This document shows positions 28,592 to 38,755 of a stretch of 51,609 nt of DNA, piece after piece (the first letter of the stretch is position 1; every line of letters begins with the position of its first letter). This DNA is from a virus (taxonomy: Duplodnaviria > Caudoviricetes), in the IMG/VR virus record IMGVR_UViG_3300005805_000120, positions 1 through 51,609 of that record; one strand, given 5' to 3'. Below the pieces are notes generated by a model that saw nothing but the letters and a program-made list of their open reading frames with translations, did not search any database and was not told the origin of the DNA. The position numbers and the translations under genes are program-made.

Positions 28592-28877
28592 ATACATCTA
28601 CGGAGACATAGAAATACTCCGTGCCACAGGGGAGCCGTGCATCGTTTGTGGGCACCCAAGTGGCGGTTGCGCACCCGAAGGGCATGAACCACCTGAGAAA
28701 CTTATTGGATTAGGTCTCTTCAAATCAGTGGATGAAAAACAAACATTTCAAGTAATGGAAGATTTCTTTCTTCCTGAGGAAGTTTCACCTGGCGTTTTTG
28801 CCAAAGTTCGCAAATTCTCTCGTGGTCAAGTAATCCCATTATCAGAGGCAAGAAAATATAACCTTACTCGTAATTAA
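28584..28877 (+). CDS. hypothetical protein with CxxCGH..C
   Basis: ORF; start chosen at MAEYIYG. Confidence 0.6.
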   Translation: MAEYIYGDIEILRATGEPCIVCGHPSGGCAPEGHEPPEKLIGLGLFKSVDEKQTFQVMEDFFLPEEVSPGVFAKVRKFSRGQVIPLSEARKYNLTRN

Positions 28878-28951
28878 CCTTTTACTGAAAATGGTTGGTG
28901 TTGTAATATGGTTCTTTACCCATATTGCCCTATGCGCCGAAAGAGGACGTA

Positions 28952-30880
28952 ATGACCGCTCATCTATCTCAAGAATTTGTAGACCGATACAAGACGCAAA
29001 CACCACCCTGGGGATTCAATGGGCTCGGGGAAGTTGTTTACCTTCGCACATATTCTCGACGCATAGAAGAACAGAATCGGAACGAGACTTGGTTGGAGAC
29101 AGTTCAGCGATGCGTTGATGGAGCCATAGATATTGGGACTCCACTCACGAAAGAACAGGCTGAAAAACTATTTGACCATGTGTTCAATTTGCGTGGGTCG
29201 TTTTCGGGTCGTGCGTTATGGCAACTCGGAACACCGTTAATCAAACAATTCAACGCCGCTTCGTTGAATAACTGCTATTTCGTAAACATTGAAAAAGTAG
29301 AAGATTTTGAGTTTCTTTTTGACCACTTGATGCTTGGCGGTGGTGTTGGATTCTCGGTTGAACGAGCAAAAATTCATGACCTTCCCAAGGTTTTGCCGAA
29401 TGTAAAAATCACCCACGAGCGTTCAAATGACGCAGACATCATTGTCCCCGACTCACGACAAGGATGGCGACGCCTTCTCCATAGCGTATTGAAATCATAT
29501 TTTGATACAGGAAAATCTTTCTCGTATTCCACAATCCTCATTAGAGAGTTTGGCGCACCACTCAAAACTTTTGGCGGAACAGCAAGCGGACCTGGCGCAT
29601 TGGTGGACGGTATCGCCGACATCTGCAAGGTGATGGAAGCACGAGAAGGGAAAAAACTTCGCTCTATTGACGTCCTCGACATTTGCAATATCATCGGACG
29701 AGTAGTTGTCTCTGGTTCCTCTCGTCGTTCAGCGCAAATCGCCATCGGCGACCCCGACGACATGTTGTTCCTGCGAGCAAAAAATTGGGCTTCGGGGGAT
29801 ATTCCTGGCTATCGAGCCAACTCAAATAACAGCATCTATGCGGACTACTACGACCACATCATGCCCGAACTCTGGAAGGGCTATACGGGAGGCGGAGAAC
29901 CTTATGGTCTCGTAAATCGTCGCCTAGCCCGCAAATACGGTCGCCTCAAAGAAGAGCGAGCCGATAAAACAATTGAAGGTTTTAACCCGTGTGCAGAAAT
30001 AGGTTTAGGTGACGGAGAATCATGCAATCTCTCAACCATCTTCCTGCCGAATATCGAAAGCATTGAGCAATTCAAAGAAATATCAGAACTGCTTTACATG
30101 GTTCAGAAACAAATCACTCGCCTCTCGTACCCCTACGCGAAAACCAACACGATTGTGGCGAAGAATGCCAGACTTGGGCAAAGCATCTCTGGCGTCCTAC
30201 AGGCTTCTGAAGAACAGATTTCGTGGCTAGATGAGGCATACCAACACCTAGACCAATTTGATGTCAACTATTCAAACGAAAAAGGGTTTCCTCGATCGGT
30301 CAGACTCACCACAGTTCAGCCCTCTGGCACGCTCTCTCTGCTTCCAGGTATCACGCCTGGTATCCATCCTGCATTTGCGCCTTTCTACATCCGTAGAGTG
30401 CGTTTTGGTGCGTCTGACGCCCTTGTGGCGGGATTACGGGCACGGGGACACAAGGTTGTTTGGGACATAGGTATTGATGGCAGGGAAGACCACACTCGCT
30501 ATGTTGTTGAGTTCCCCTGCAAGTCACCAGAAAACGCTGTACTCGCAGAAAGCATGACAGCCGTGCAACAACTTGAATGGGTTAAAAAGATGCAAACCGA
30601 ATGGGCGGACAATGCCGTATCGGTAACCGTCTATTACAGGAAAGAAGAACTTGAGTCAATCAAAGAATGGTTGTCAAAAAATTATGACACTGGTGTCAAA
30701 TCGGTATCATTTCTCCTTCACGCAGACCACAACTTCCCGCTTCCTCCATATGAGCAAATCACGCAAGCAGATTATGATGCGCTCGTGAAGAAGATTGATA
30801 TATCCCTGCCCTTAAGTCAAGCAACGGGTTTGGATTTGTCGCTTGATGACTGCGCTACAGGTGCTTGCCCGATTAGATAA
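28952..30880 (+). CDS. nrdJ: class II (adenosylcobalamin-dependent) ribonucleotide reductase
   Basis: VYLRTYSR, SLNNC, GGGVGF, RRSAQI, NPCAEI, TTVQPSGT, C-terminal CATGACPIR; AGAGGA RBS. Confidence 0.93.
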   Translation: MTAHLSQEFVDRYKTQTPPWGFNGLGEVVYLRTYSRRIEEQNRNETWLETVQRCVDGAIDIGTPLTKEQAEKLFDHVFNLRGSFSGRALWQLGTPLIKQFNAASLNNCYFVNIEKVEDFEFLFDHLMLGGGVGFSVERAKIHDLPKVLPNVKITHERSNDADIIVPDSRQGWRRLLHSVLKSYFDTGKSFSYSTILIREFGAPLKTFGGTASGPGALVDGIADICKVMEAREGKKLRSIDVLDICNIIGRVVVSGSSRRSAQIAIGDPDDMLFLRAKNWASGDIPGYRANSNNSIYADYYDHIMPELWKGYTGGGEPYGLVNRRLARKYGRLKEERADKTIEGFNPCAEIGLGDGESCNLSTIFLPNIESIEQFKEISELLYMVQKQITRLSYPYAKTNTIVAKNARLGQSISGVLQASEEQISWLDEAYQHLDQFDVNYSNEKGFPRSVRLTTVQPSGTLSLLPGITPGIHPAFAPFYIRRVRFGASDALVAGLRARGHKVVWDIGIDGREDHTRYVVEFPCKSPENAVLAESMTAVQQLEWVKKMQTEWADNAVSVTVYYRKEELESIKEWLSKNYDTGVKSVSFLLHADHNFPLPPYEQITQADYDALVKKIDISLPLSQATGLDLSLDDCATGACPIR

Positions 30881-30891
30881 TGTGGGATAAA

Positions 30892-30965
30892 GCCCTTGTA
30901 GCCCAATTGGATAGAGCAACAGACTTCTAATCTGTAGGTTCCAGGTTCAAGCCCTGGCAAGGGCG
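30892..30965 (+). tRNA. tRNA-Arg (anticodon TCT)
   Basis: Acceptor GCCCTTG/CAAGGGC, anticodon arm ACAGA-CTTCTAA-TCTGT, T arm CCAGG-TTCAAGC-CCTGG; CCA not encoded. Confidence 0.93.
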
Positions 30966-30978
30966 CTAATATCGCTAC

Positions 30979-31302
30979 ATGGAAGATGCCAGCAAGGAAA
31001 CAGACAATATCTGGCGCTCCCTATATCCAGTTGTGATAAGAGAGTCTCGCTATGGCGGTGTTTATGAAGGCGGGAAATGGATTGCGTTTCCAGAATGCAA
31101 TGAATTCACGGAACCAATGATTGATTACTTTGAAGGTGATGACTGCTTTGCGCTTGATTTATTTACCGACGAATACAAGCAGACAGTGGGTTTAGGGGAG
31201 AGTCCGAACGACGCATATGCCGACCTTTGTCTCAAAAGAGAGACTGAAATAAAATTAATTGAAACAAACAATTCCTTAACCAGTAATCAACTTGCGGAAT
31301 AA
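30979..31302 (+). CDS. hypothetical protein
   Basis: YPVVIRESRYGGVYEGGKWIAF; leaderless-type start. Confidence 0.65.
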   Translation: MEDASKETDNIWRSLYPVVIRESRYGGVYEGGKWIAFPECNEFTEPMIDYFEGDDCFALDLFTDEYKQTVGLGESPNDAYADLCLKRETEIKLIETNNSLTSNQLAE

Positions 31303-31667
31303 TGTTTCCGACATTAAAACAGTTTGGGGCTGACATCATCTACGACAAGGCTGTTGACCTTATAAAAAAACATGGTTTTTCTAGTCACGCAACCTACGAC
31401 CCCTACACAAAAGAAATAGACATATGGGGAGCGATACTTCTTGCATGTGGCGCTAAAGAAAAACTTTTAGCGGAAGGATTTATGGAAGCAGAGGAATGCG
31501 GTGTTCCTCCGTTTATGCGAGGCAGGGCAAGATTCTTTTGTGAATATTTAGAACTTATTACCAATACAGAAATATCGGAATGGTGTTCAACACACACGCA
31601 AACAGAAGCATTAGTTCTACTTCAACAGGCAAGCGACAGAGTCGCAATAACAGTTCTAAGACAGTAA
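31302..31667 (+). CDS. hypothetical protein
   Basis: TAATG coupling to the upstream gene. Confidence 0.6.
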   Translation: MFPTLKQFGADIIYDKAVDLIKKHGFSSHATYDPYTKEIDIWGAILLACGAKEKLLAEGFMEAEECGVPPFMRGRARFFCEYLELITNTEISEWCSTHTQTEALVLLQQASDRVAITVLRQ

Positions 31668-31718
31668 AATAGTTACCCCCCTCGCAGACCTGCACAGCAT
31701 GCGAGGGGGGAACTATTT
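31667..31718. terminator. bidirectional terminator between convergent genes
   Basis: AAATAGTT-A-CCCCCCTCGCA...TGCGAGGGGGG-AACTATTT inverted repeat. Confidence 0.8.
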
Positions 31719-31750
31719 GTCGGGTTTAATTCTCTTTTACTTACTTAAAA

Positions 31751-32182
31751 TCAGGAAACTACGCCACCTGGGTGGTTGCCACGAAGCGTTGCCACCGAGA
31801 CGACATCCGAACCGTCTTGGTCTGCCGACTGGTCGACATGAAGGAGTGCCGTCAAGTTGGAACCAGCGGTTCCAGAACCAACAGCGGCAACGACAAGGTG
31901 AACCAAGTCATCGGCTGCGAGTTCGTCTGCGCCGTCAACGGTTGACATTGTTGCTACAGCAGAAGTTGCTCCAGCGGCGATTGACCAAGTTCCTACAACG
32001 GTTCCCGAAGAGGTTGCCTTGCGAACAGTTCCGTTTAGCGTTGAACCAGCAGGGGCAGTACCAACTGCAACCGTGATTCCACGAACACGACCTGCGACAG
32101 GAGTGCGAACAACAACAGTTGAAGTTGTTGCAACGGCTCCGCCGACTGTCATCGGGAGAAGAAGTGGGGCTGATGCTGACAT
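31751..32182 (-). CDS. small beta-rich protein, probably virion structural or decoration
   Basis: A/G/T/V-rich; GGAGGT RBS; followed by a terminator. Confidence 0.6.
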   Translation of the reverse strand: MSASAPLLLPMTVGGAVATTSTVVVRTPVAGRVRGITVAVGTAPAGSTLNGTVRKATSSGTVVGTWSIAAGATSAVATMSTVDGADELAADDLVHLVVAAVGSGTAGSNLTALLHVDQSADQDGSDVVSVATLRGNHPGGVVS

Positions 32183-32234
32183 TACTTGACCTCCAAGTCA
32201 AAGAGAATTGCTATGTAGATAAATAATACAACAT

Positions 32235-33599
32235 TTATTGCTCGTCGGAATGAACCTCAAACAAAGAAGGTTGAGCCTCATTAGCAAGCGTTAAAAGCCT
32301 ATTTTTTTCTTTTTCTTCCGCTAGCCGTTCAGTTGCTATAAGAGCATATTCTGGGTTTAACTCACACCCCAGATACGACCTGCCCAGTCTTTGTGCTACC
32401 ACGCCTGTAGTTCCAGCACCAAAAAACACATCCAAAACAGTGCATGGAACAATGTCCTCAGTTGGACATTTACACTCTTTGCCCCAACCTATTGTGTCTG
32501 TTTGAGAAAAACCTGCGTCCCCTTTTCCATTGATTTCCCCATATGCGCCGTTGTAGTTGTTGGGACGGTAACGAGGATCGTTCTGTGGAAGTTCGTTGCG
32601 TGCTATTCGCTGGCGAGTAACTTGCCGAATCACTGGTGAACCACATTGCGAACAACACCCCTTCTTGCTCGTGCCAGCGGCAATACAGGGTTCTATCAAA
32701 TCTTGAGGGAATGTAGCAAAATGCGCTTCCTTGAATGGTTTTGTCGTCACTGTCCATACTGACCTCTTGTTCCTGAATGCTCCAGTTGAACCGTGCATTG
32801 CGTTTGATATTCCTGCGTCTTTCCGACTGTCCGCACGAGACCCCCTATCGTCGTAAGCATATTTTGCTGGTTCTTTAATCGCTTCGCTATCAAAAAAATA
32901 ATGTGGCTTCTTGGTCAGCAAAAAAATGTACTCGTGAGATTTTGTACACCTGTCACGCACTGATTCGGGCATTGGATTTGGCTTTGCCCAAACGATGTCT
33001 TGCCTCAAGTACCATCCGTCTGACTGAAGGGCGAAAGCGACTCTCCAAGGCACGCCAACCAAATCCTTGGCTTTTAAACCTTCGGGAACAGTTCGTTTTG
33101 TGGTGTTGTCGTTGACGCCCTTTTTTTGTTTTACTTTGCCAGATAAGCCGTTCGTATTTCCCTCTTTTGTGGTTGCGTAACTATCGCCGAGGTTAAGCCA
33201 AAGTGTTCCGTCATCTCGTAGAACTCTGTGAACTTCTCGGAATACTTGAACCATGTTTTCAACGTATTCGTCCACTGTCGGCTCTAAACCAAGTTGACTG
33301 TCTTCCCGTAATGCGCCACAACGAGGACATTGGACTTTATATATCCCGTCGCCGATTGCGCCTTCTAAAAGTTTTTGTCCTGTGGAACAACTTTCGCTGA
33401 ATTTGCTGTCACGCTTATGGGAGCATTCGGGGTCGCCCCCAATCCATGTCGCTGTGCCGTAATCACGCAAACCCCAATACGGTGGCGACGTAACTACACA
33501 ATGAACACTTTTATCTGACAGTGAAGCCAAAGTTTTTCTAACATCGCCGAGAAGGATATTCGGGTCAATATCTACGGGCAGCACGGTGTTATCGGTCAT
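32235..33599 (-). CDS. DNA amino-methyltransferase (N4C/N6A, beta class) with Cys-rich insertions
   Basis: VVTSPPYW, HFATFP, VLDVFFGAGTTG. Confidence 0.92.
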   Translation of the reverse strand: MTDNTVLPVDIDPNILLGDVRKTLASLSDKSVHCVVTSPPYWGLRDYGTATWIGGDPECSHKRDSKFSESCSTGQKLLEGAIGDGIYKVQCPRCGALREDSQLGLEPTVDEYVENMVQVFREVHRVLRDDGTLWLNLGDSYATTKEGNTNGLSGKVKQKKGVNDNTTKRTVPEGLKAKDLVGVPWRVAFALQSDGWYLRQDIVWAKPNPMPESVRDRCTKSHEYIFLLTKKPHYFFDSEAIKEPAKYAYDDRGSRADSRKDAGISNAMHGSTGAFRNKRSVWTVTTKPFKEAHFATFPQDLIEPCIAAGTSKKGCCSQCGSPVIRQVTRQRIARNELPQNDPRYRPNNYNGAYGEINGKGDAGFSQTDTIGWGKECKCPTEDIVPCTVLDVFFGAGTTGVVAQRLGRSYLGCELNPEYALIATERLAEEKEKNRLLTLANEAQPSLFEVHSDEQ

Positions 33600-33639
33600 C
33601 TCTTTTGTTCCCCCGTTGTCTCCCATCAGGAGACGAATG

Positions 33640-33924
33640 CTACTTGTAAATCGTGAACCAAGCAAGCATTCTCTTGCGAAGTGACGGCGATTTGACGTCA
33701 TTTGCCTTCACGAGAGGAGTGGTAGCAACCGATTTCAGAAAAGTGTCAGCGCTGGCAAACTGTGGTTTCGCTTGTTCAAGTTTTTCTTGAACTTCAGTTC
33801 GTGTGCTTTCTTTCTTACTATCTGCTACAGGCTTCTTTTTTGGAGAGCCCTTTTTCGCAGTAGCCTTTTTGGTTGAAGGCTTTTTGCTGGATGGTTTCTT
33901 ATTGTTGTTTGATTTTGCTGTCAT
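33640..33924 (-). CDS. Lys-rich small protein
   Basis: Histone-H1-like N-terminus; TAGTCT -10-like box 7 nt before the ATG. Confidence 0.6.
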   Translation of the reverse strand: MTAKSNNNKKPSSKKPSTKKATAKKGSPKKKPVADSKKESTRTEVQEKLEQAKPQFASADTFLKSVATTPLVKANDVKSPSLRKRMLAWFTIYK

Positions 33925-34005
33925 AACGAACAGACTAGTACAGGTGACCCGCCTTGAAAAAGAACTACATTTTGGCGATGTTTTAATAGAGTAGCGTTTT
34001 AGTAT

Positions 34006-34644
34006 ATGTATACAGGATTCTATGAAACCGATATGGACAAGATAGCCCTATGCACGGAATCGGTCAAAACAGCCAAAATGGCGATTGTTGAAGAGCAGGG
34101 TATTGGTTCAGATTTAAATATTAATATATTTGGGTGGAAAAAAAATGAATTAGTTATTATTGCTCAAATGAAAGATACCTTCAAAATGACGAAGGAGGAA
34201 AGACTGCCTTTAATTATTGAAGCGGCTTGCATAGCCCGACAGGGTTGGGGTATTGATGAATTCACACTAGCCGCTGAGGGGTATTGCTCAATGTCGCCAG
34301 CAGATACACACGGCAAAGACCTTTCTTTTCTTTATGCGAACAACAACGATTCGGTCAAGGAATGTATTTCTTTCACACATCTTGGAAAAAATGACAACAC
34401 ATTTGTGGCAATGCCGTACAAAATTAAACTTGGAAGAAAAATAGATTTTTACGATGTACTCTGGTATCCAGGTGGGAATGTCATGCGGGATATAGAGTTT
34501 CCCGCAGCACTCAAAGCGGCATTAAAACTTAAGAGCGTTGCAATAACCAAAGAAGGAAAACTAGACAGAGAAACGTACTACGGAACTCTTGCCTCTGCCG
34601 TAATGAATTGTGGATTTGAAATATTTTATAGAGACGATGTATGA
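34006..34644 (+). CDS. hypothetical protein
   Basis: 212-aa ORF coupled to MazG. Confidence 0.65.
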   Translation: MYTGFYETDMDKIALCTESVKTAKMAIVEEQGIGSDLNINIFGWKKNELVIIAQMKDTFKMTKEERLPLIIEAACIARQGWGIDEFTLAAEGYCSMSPADTHGKDLSFLYANNNDSVKECISFTHLGKNDNTFVAMPYKIKLGRKIDFYDVLWYPGGNVMRDIEFPAALKAALKLKSVAITKEGKLDRETYYGTLASAVMNCGFEIFYRDDV

Positions 34645-34988
34645 ACCGAGAAATAGAGAACATGGACTTCGCCAACTATCAACTACGCACAAGCCAAACC
34701 GCCATCTACCCTCTGGATAAGGCTCTTGAATATCTTTCTCTCGGTCTTGTTTCTGAAGCAGGAGAAGTTGCTGGAAAAGTGAAGAAGATTATCAGAGACC
34801 ACGAATCGGTTCTAAACGAAGAAACCAAAGAAAAACTACTTGCCGAAATCGGGGATGTGCTGTGGTACATCGCCCAACTTTGCGAAATCCTTGGAACAAA
34901 CATGAGCATCGTTGCACGAAATAATGTTGAAAAACTTGCCAAAAGACAAGAAAAAAATACTCTCAGCGGAGACGGAGACAGCAGATAG
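34641..34988 (+). CDS. MazG-like NTP pyrophosphohydrolase
   Basis: LGLVSEAGEVAGKVKK..EIGDVLWYIA..NVEKLAKR. Confidence 0.9.
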   Translation: MNREIENMDFANYQLRTSQTAIYPLDKALEYLSLGLVSEAGEVAGKVKKIIRDHESVLNEETKEKLLAEIGDVLWYIAQLCEILGTNMSIVARNNVEKLAKRQEKNTLSGDGDSR

Positions 34989-35013
34989 TAATAATGTGGA
35001 AAACTAAAGGAGA

Positions 35014-35694
35014 TTGATGTTCGTTTGTTTATCAGGATTGCCACGCTCGGGTTCAACACTTCTGTCCGTGATTTTGCATCAAAATCCAAAGATACATGCT
35101 GAAGGCAATAGTGCTGTCTGTCAAATGATGTGGGATATGTGGCAATCTTGCGAAAAGAACTGCAATGAACAACTTTCAGCAAACAATCGTCTTGATACGA
35201 AATATCAGTTGTTGAATCAAATACCAAAAATCTATTATCAGAATACAACAAGAGAAGTTGTTGTGGACAAATGCCGTTCGTGGACTTTGCCAGCAAATCA
35301 AGATTTGCTGCGCCGATTTATAACTGATAAACCAAAAACTATTGTTTTGACCAGACCAATTGACGAAATTGTTGCTTCGTTTGCTTCACTGTATGAGCGG
35401 AACAATCGAGAATTTGATGAAAATGTTTTGCTTCGTGAAAATAGTGACCCATTGATGCGTTCGTTGCTTGGTGTTAACTGGGCTAAACAAGTCAATAAAG
35501 GCGAGTTTTTGTTCATTACCTACAAGGAATTAGTTGATGAAACAGATGCGGTTCTTGACAGCGTTTATAGTTTTATTGGTATTGAACGGTATGAGCACGA
35601 TTTGAATAACATTTTGAATGAGATGCCCGAAAATGATTCGGTCTATGGATTGATTGGCATGCACGATGTTCGCCAAACTATTTGCCCAAGATAA
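35014..35694 (+). CDS. sulfotransferase family protein
   Basis: PAPS-binding GLPRSGSTLL, DKCRSW, RP..EIVAS, ITYKELV. Confidence 0.85.
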   Translation: MMFVCLSGLPRSGSTLLSVILHQNPKIHAEGNSAVCQMMWDMWQSCEKNCNEQLSANNRLDTKYQLLNQIPKIYYQNTTREVVVDKCRSWTLPANQDLLRRFITDKPKTIVLTRPIDEIVASFASLYERNNREFDENVLLRENSDPLMRSLLGVNWAKQVNKGEFLFITYKELVDETDAVLDSVYSFIGIERYEHDLNNILNEMPENDSVYGLIGMHDVRQTICPR

Positions 35695-35708
35695 TAAAGT
35701 AGCAAAAA

Positions 35709-35870
35709 CTAGATATCTATTGAATTCGCTCGTCTCTCAAAATCCGCCCAGTCTCGGCATGTGGTGCTTCTCTCACCATAACCATTGAATTTGTCAACCG
35801 AGTCCATCACAAACAAATGCGTGGAGACAATAACGAAAAGAGCAAGTACTAGGGCGATAATCATAGACAT
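35709..35870 (-). CDS. small membrane protein
   Basis: MSMIIALVLALFVIVSTHLFV..., read from the sequence. Confidence 0.4.
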   Translation of the reverse strand: MSMIIALVLALFVIVSTHLFVMDSVDKFNGYGERSTTCRDWADFERRANSIDI

Positions 35871-35924
35871 ACATAATGCCATTCCAACAAACGGTCAACT
35901 GCAATAAAACGCCTTTTTACAAAA

Positions 35925-36575
35925 TTAGATAATGTCAATCTCTTTTTGCGATACGACACGGCTCTCAGGTTCAATTATTTCAGCGTCCTCAATATCCTCT
36001 GTCCCATCAGCCAACGCTGGAAAATCACCAAGCAATTGCTGAATTGTTTCTTTCGGCATAATGCCAGCATCTGCCATAAGAGCAAGCAATTTCTTGCCCT
36101 CGGCTTCAGAATCAAACTTCTCCACCTGAACCACACCAGGAGCACCAGCCAAGACGGCTCGAAGCGGGGATGAATCTCTAACATCCATCTGAACATTGAC
36201 ATTTGTCTGATCCATGCCAAGCAGTTTCGCCCGTCTGTCAATAATTGAAAGCACCGTTGATACCGCTTTGATATCTGGCTCTATGGAAACCTCTGTGCCA
36301 TCATCCATTTTCTGTTTTCTATGTTGAGTTAGCGGCCAGATTGCGGACTGCAACGCATCCAGTCGTTCAAGTTCCATCTGAAGCACCTCAGGGTAAACAA
36401 GTAATGCCTCTTGGCTTAGTTTGTTTAACTGCCTTTTAATTGAATTAGCCACATTGGATGTGCCGATGCCGAATCTGCGGGCAATCTCAGCAATTGGCAC
36501 ACCAGCCTGCCTCATCTTAAAAATACGCAGGTCTCGTTCGGCAAGAAACTCTCTTGTTAAACCTTTTTCAGCCAT
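35925..36575 (-). CDS. HTH protein, possible terminase small subunit
   Basis: N-terminal HTH (RQAGVPIAEIARRFGI); ELERLDAL..IIDRRAKLLGMD as in actinophage small-terminase-like proteins. Confidence 0.65.
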   Translation of the reverse strand: MAEKGLTREFLAERDLRIFKMRQAGVPIAEIARRFGIGTSNVANSIKRQLNKLSQEALLVYPEVLQMELERLDALQSAIWPLTQHRKQKMDDGTEVSIEPDIKAVSTVLSIIDRRAKLLGMDQTNVNVQMDVRDSSPLRAVLAGAPGVVQVEKFDSEAEGKKLLALMADAGIMPKETIQQLLGDFPALADGTEDIEDAEIIEPESRVVSQKEIDII

Positions 36576-36576
36576 T

Positions 36577-38331
36577 TTAAGACGCCTTCATAAATTCCAT
36601 AACTTCAAACGGGAAGACTTTCCCTCTTCTCATTTTAGTCGGAAACTCCCTCAGGTCACGGGCACCACGGAAATGTCTCACATCGTAAACATAATCTCCG
36701 ACAGCCGTTGGGTCGGGGGTGAGCGAAAGACCGAATTCCGGCCACCGTGACCACACGGCAGAACCAAAAGGTCGCAAATCTCTGGTGGAAGCAGATGTGC
36801 CCAAGGGAGCGTGGTGCTCCAGCCAAAGAGCACAGTTGTAGTAATCACGCAACATATCAAAATACTTAGCAACTTCTACGGTGATTGATTCAGATGTCCT
36901 ACCACCTGGGTCAACGAAAGACTTGTAGATAGGACCGAGCAAAATTAAGTCAGGTTTAATTGTGTCCACCGCTTCTTCAATAATTGAGCGGTCGGACGGG
37001 CGCATTAAATCAACACCCGAGGGTTTAATCAAAATATGGCACTCTGGGTCGCCGTCCAAGTACCCAAGGCGTCGGGCAGCGCCCATGATATTTGACGAAG
37101 TTCTCCTGATGATTCGTTCAGGGTTTTCAAGGTCAATTGTTAAAGTTTTTATTGGCTTCATACGAGACATATTGAACGGGTTGATTCCGAACGAACTGCA
37201 TATCGCTATCTGTCTTGCCAACATTGTTTTTCCAACACCTTCGGCGGCTACAACAATCACTCTTTCGCCACGCTCAAGAACATTAGGAATAATCCAGTCG
37301 TAGTCATCATTTGCTGTTTCCAGCAAGAAATCAGACCAGTTAACAAGTCTCCCTCTATCAATTTCATCTTCATGACCGAAAGAACTAATCATCATTGACG
37401 CTTTTGTTAGGCGTACAGTTTCGGAAATATCTTCTCTTGTCAGCAACGAATTTATTCGTTCTGCGAGAGCGACTAAAGGTGTTGTCGCCTCAATTATTGC
37501 TTCTGTTTGTTTTTCTTCCTCTTCGTGCTGAACAATGTCGTCAAGCGGTTCAGCATTGTCCATCTCAATCAAATCGTCAATTGTTCCGCCAGCACCAAGG
37601 AGTTCGGAAACATCTTTATAGTTGTTTGGTGGAACCCAAGTAACAACCTTGCAACCGTTTTGTTCAAGTTTTTTGGCAACCATTTTTGTGTGGTCTCTAC
37701 CGACGGTGTCGTTGTCTGAGATAATCCAGACCTGCGCACCCTCAAGTGCCTGAGTGTGGATATCAAGCCACTTACCCGCGCCACCTGGCGGTGTGGTTGC
37801 ACATAAACCAAGTTTGACCAAATTGTCAGCATCTTTTTCGCCTTCAACAAGCCAAATAATTTCACCATTGTTTTTGCTGTGAAGAACGTCTGGCAAACGA
37901 TAAAGAACTTTTGGTGTGTCATCTAGTGTGAAAATGTATTTACCCTTGTTGACTGGGTCAGGTCTTCGCTGTCTAAAAGTTTTTTTACCCCATTGGTCTA
38001 CGAAACGCTGTTTTTGAAAAAGAAGTTTTCCATTTTCGTCACGGTAGTCATAGGTGGCGACGAGGGAAAGTTTTCGTTCTTCTTTTTTTTCGGGATACAA
38101 ATCAGAAAGTTTCATACCCATTGCCTGACAAACTTGGTCAACAGAACATCCCTGCCCCCGATGACAGGTAACCAATATCTTGTTTTCGTTGCCCAAACCG
38201 ATGGAAAGAGAAGGGTTGTTGTCGTCGTTGCGACACGGGCAACGAGCCTCCCATCCGTTGCTTGTCGGTCGGACGCCGTTTAGTTTGGAAATGAACCTGT
38301 CAACATGTATTGGGACAGAAACATTACTCAT
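36577..38331 (-). CDS. DNA primase-helicase (Zn finger, Toprim, RecA-like AAA_25)
   Basis: CPCR..D..PSLSI, VEGEKDAD, ISDND..G, Walker A AAEGVGKT. Confidence 0.9.
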   Translation of the reverse strand: MSNVSVPIHVDRFISKLNGVRPTSNGWEARCPCRNDDNNPSLSIGLGNENKILVTCHRGQGCSVDQVCQAMGMKLSDLYPEKKEERKLSLVATYDYRDENGKLLFQKQRFVDQWGKKTFRQRRPDPVNKGKYIFTLDDTPKVLYRLPDVLHSKNNGEIIWLVEGEKDADNLVKLGLCATTPPGGAGKWLDIHTQALEGAQVWIISDNDTVGRDHTKMVAKKLEQNGCKVVTWVPPNNYKDVSELLGAGGTIDDLIEMDNAEPLDDIVQHEEEEKQTEAIIEATTPLVALAERINSLLTREDISETVRLTKASMMISSFGHEDEIDRGRLVNWSDFLLETANDDYDWIIPNVLERGERVIVVAAEGVGKTMLARQIAICSSFGINPFNMSRMKPIKTLTIDLENPERIIRRTSSNIMGAARRLGYLDGDPECHILIKPSGVDLMRPSDRSIIEEAVDTIKPDLILLGPIYKSFVDPGGRTSESITVEVAKYFDMLRDYYNCALWLEHHAPLGTSASTRDLRPFGSAVWSRWPEFGLSLTPDPTAVGDYVYDVRHFRGARDLREFPTKMRRGKVFPFEVMEFMKAS

Positions 38332-38731
38332 TCAAAGAGCCTAGCCGAGTAACTGTTCTGCCGACTCGACCAGCGTTTACTGACCTGCGGACAGATGGCG
38401 AAGATTTCCTATCGGGAGGTAATTGAATTCCTTTTTGACGTCTCAAAACTTCTCTTTCGACTTCTGTTTTTCCACCCCAAACACCAAGGGGCTCAAAATG
38501 AAGAGAATATTCCAAACATCCTTTAAGGACTTTGCACGATGCGCATATTTCTTTTGCGGTTAAAACCTGTTTGCTGTGACTTGCTCTGTTGAACATATAT
38601 CTACTGCCGTAGTCAGGATAAAAAATTGTTATGTCTTCGCCTTTACACGATGCTTGCTCCGTGTCAAAGAAATCATTTATGTCTCGTACTTCCACGTTGC
38701 CCCCGATGCTTATTCTCTTTATATTCGTCAT
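38324..38731 (-). CDS. whiB: WhiB-family transcription factor
   Basis: C..IFYP..AKEICASC....CLEY..GVWGG. Confidence 0.9.
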   Translation of the reverse strand: MTNIKRISIGGNVEVRDINDFFDTEQASCKGEDITIFYPDYGSRYMFNRASHSKQVLTAKEICASCKVLKGCLEYSLHFEPLGVWGGKTEVEREVLRRQKGIQLPPDRKSSPSVRRSVNAGRVGRTVTRLGSLNE

Positions 38732-38755
38732 ACGCTACAACGCAAAGCGAGCGTG

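Noticed and set aside
28952-30880. Intein or intron in the ribonucleotide reductase
   Set aside because: Length and motifs are continuous; no intein termini seen
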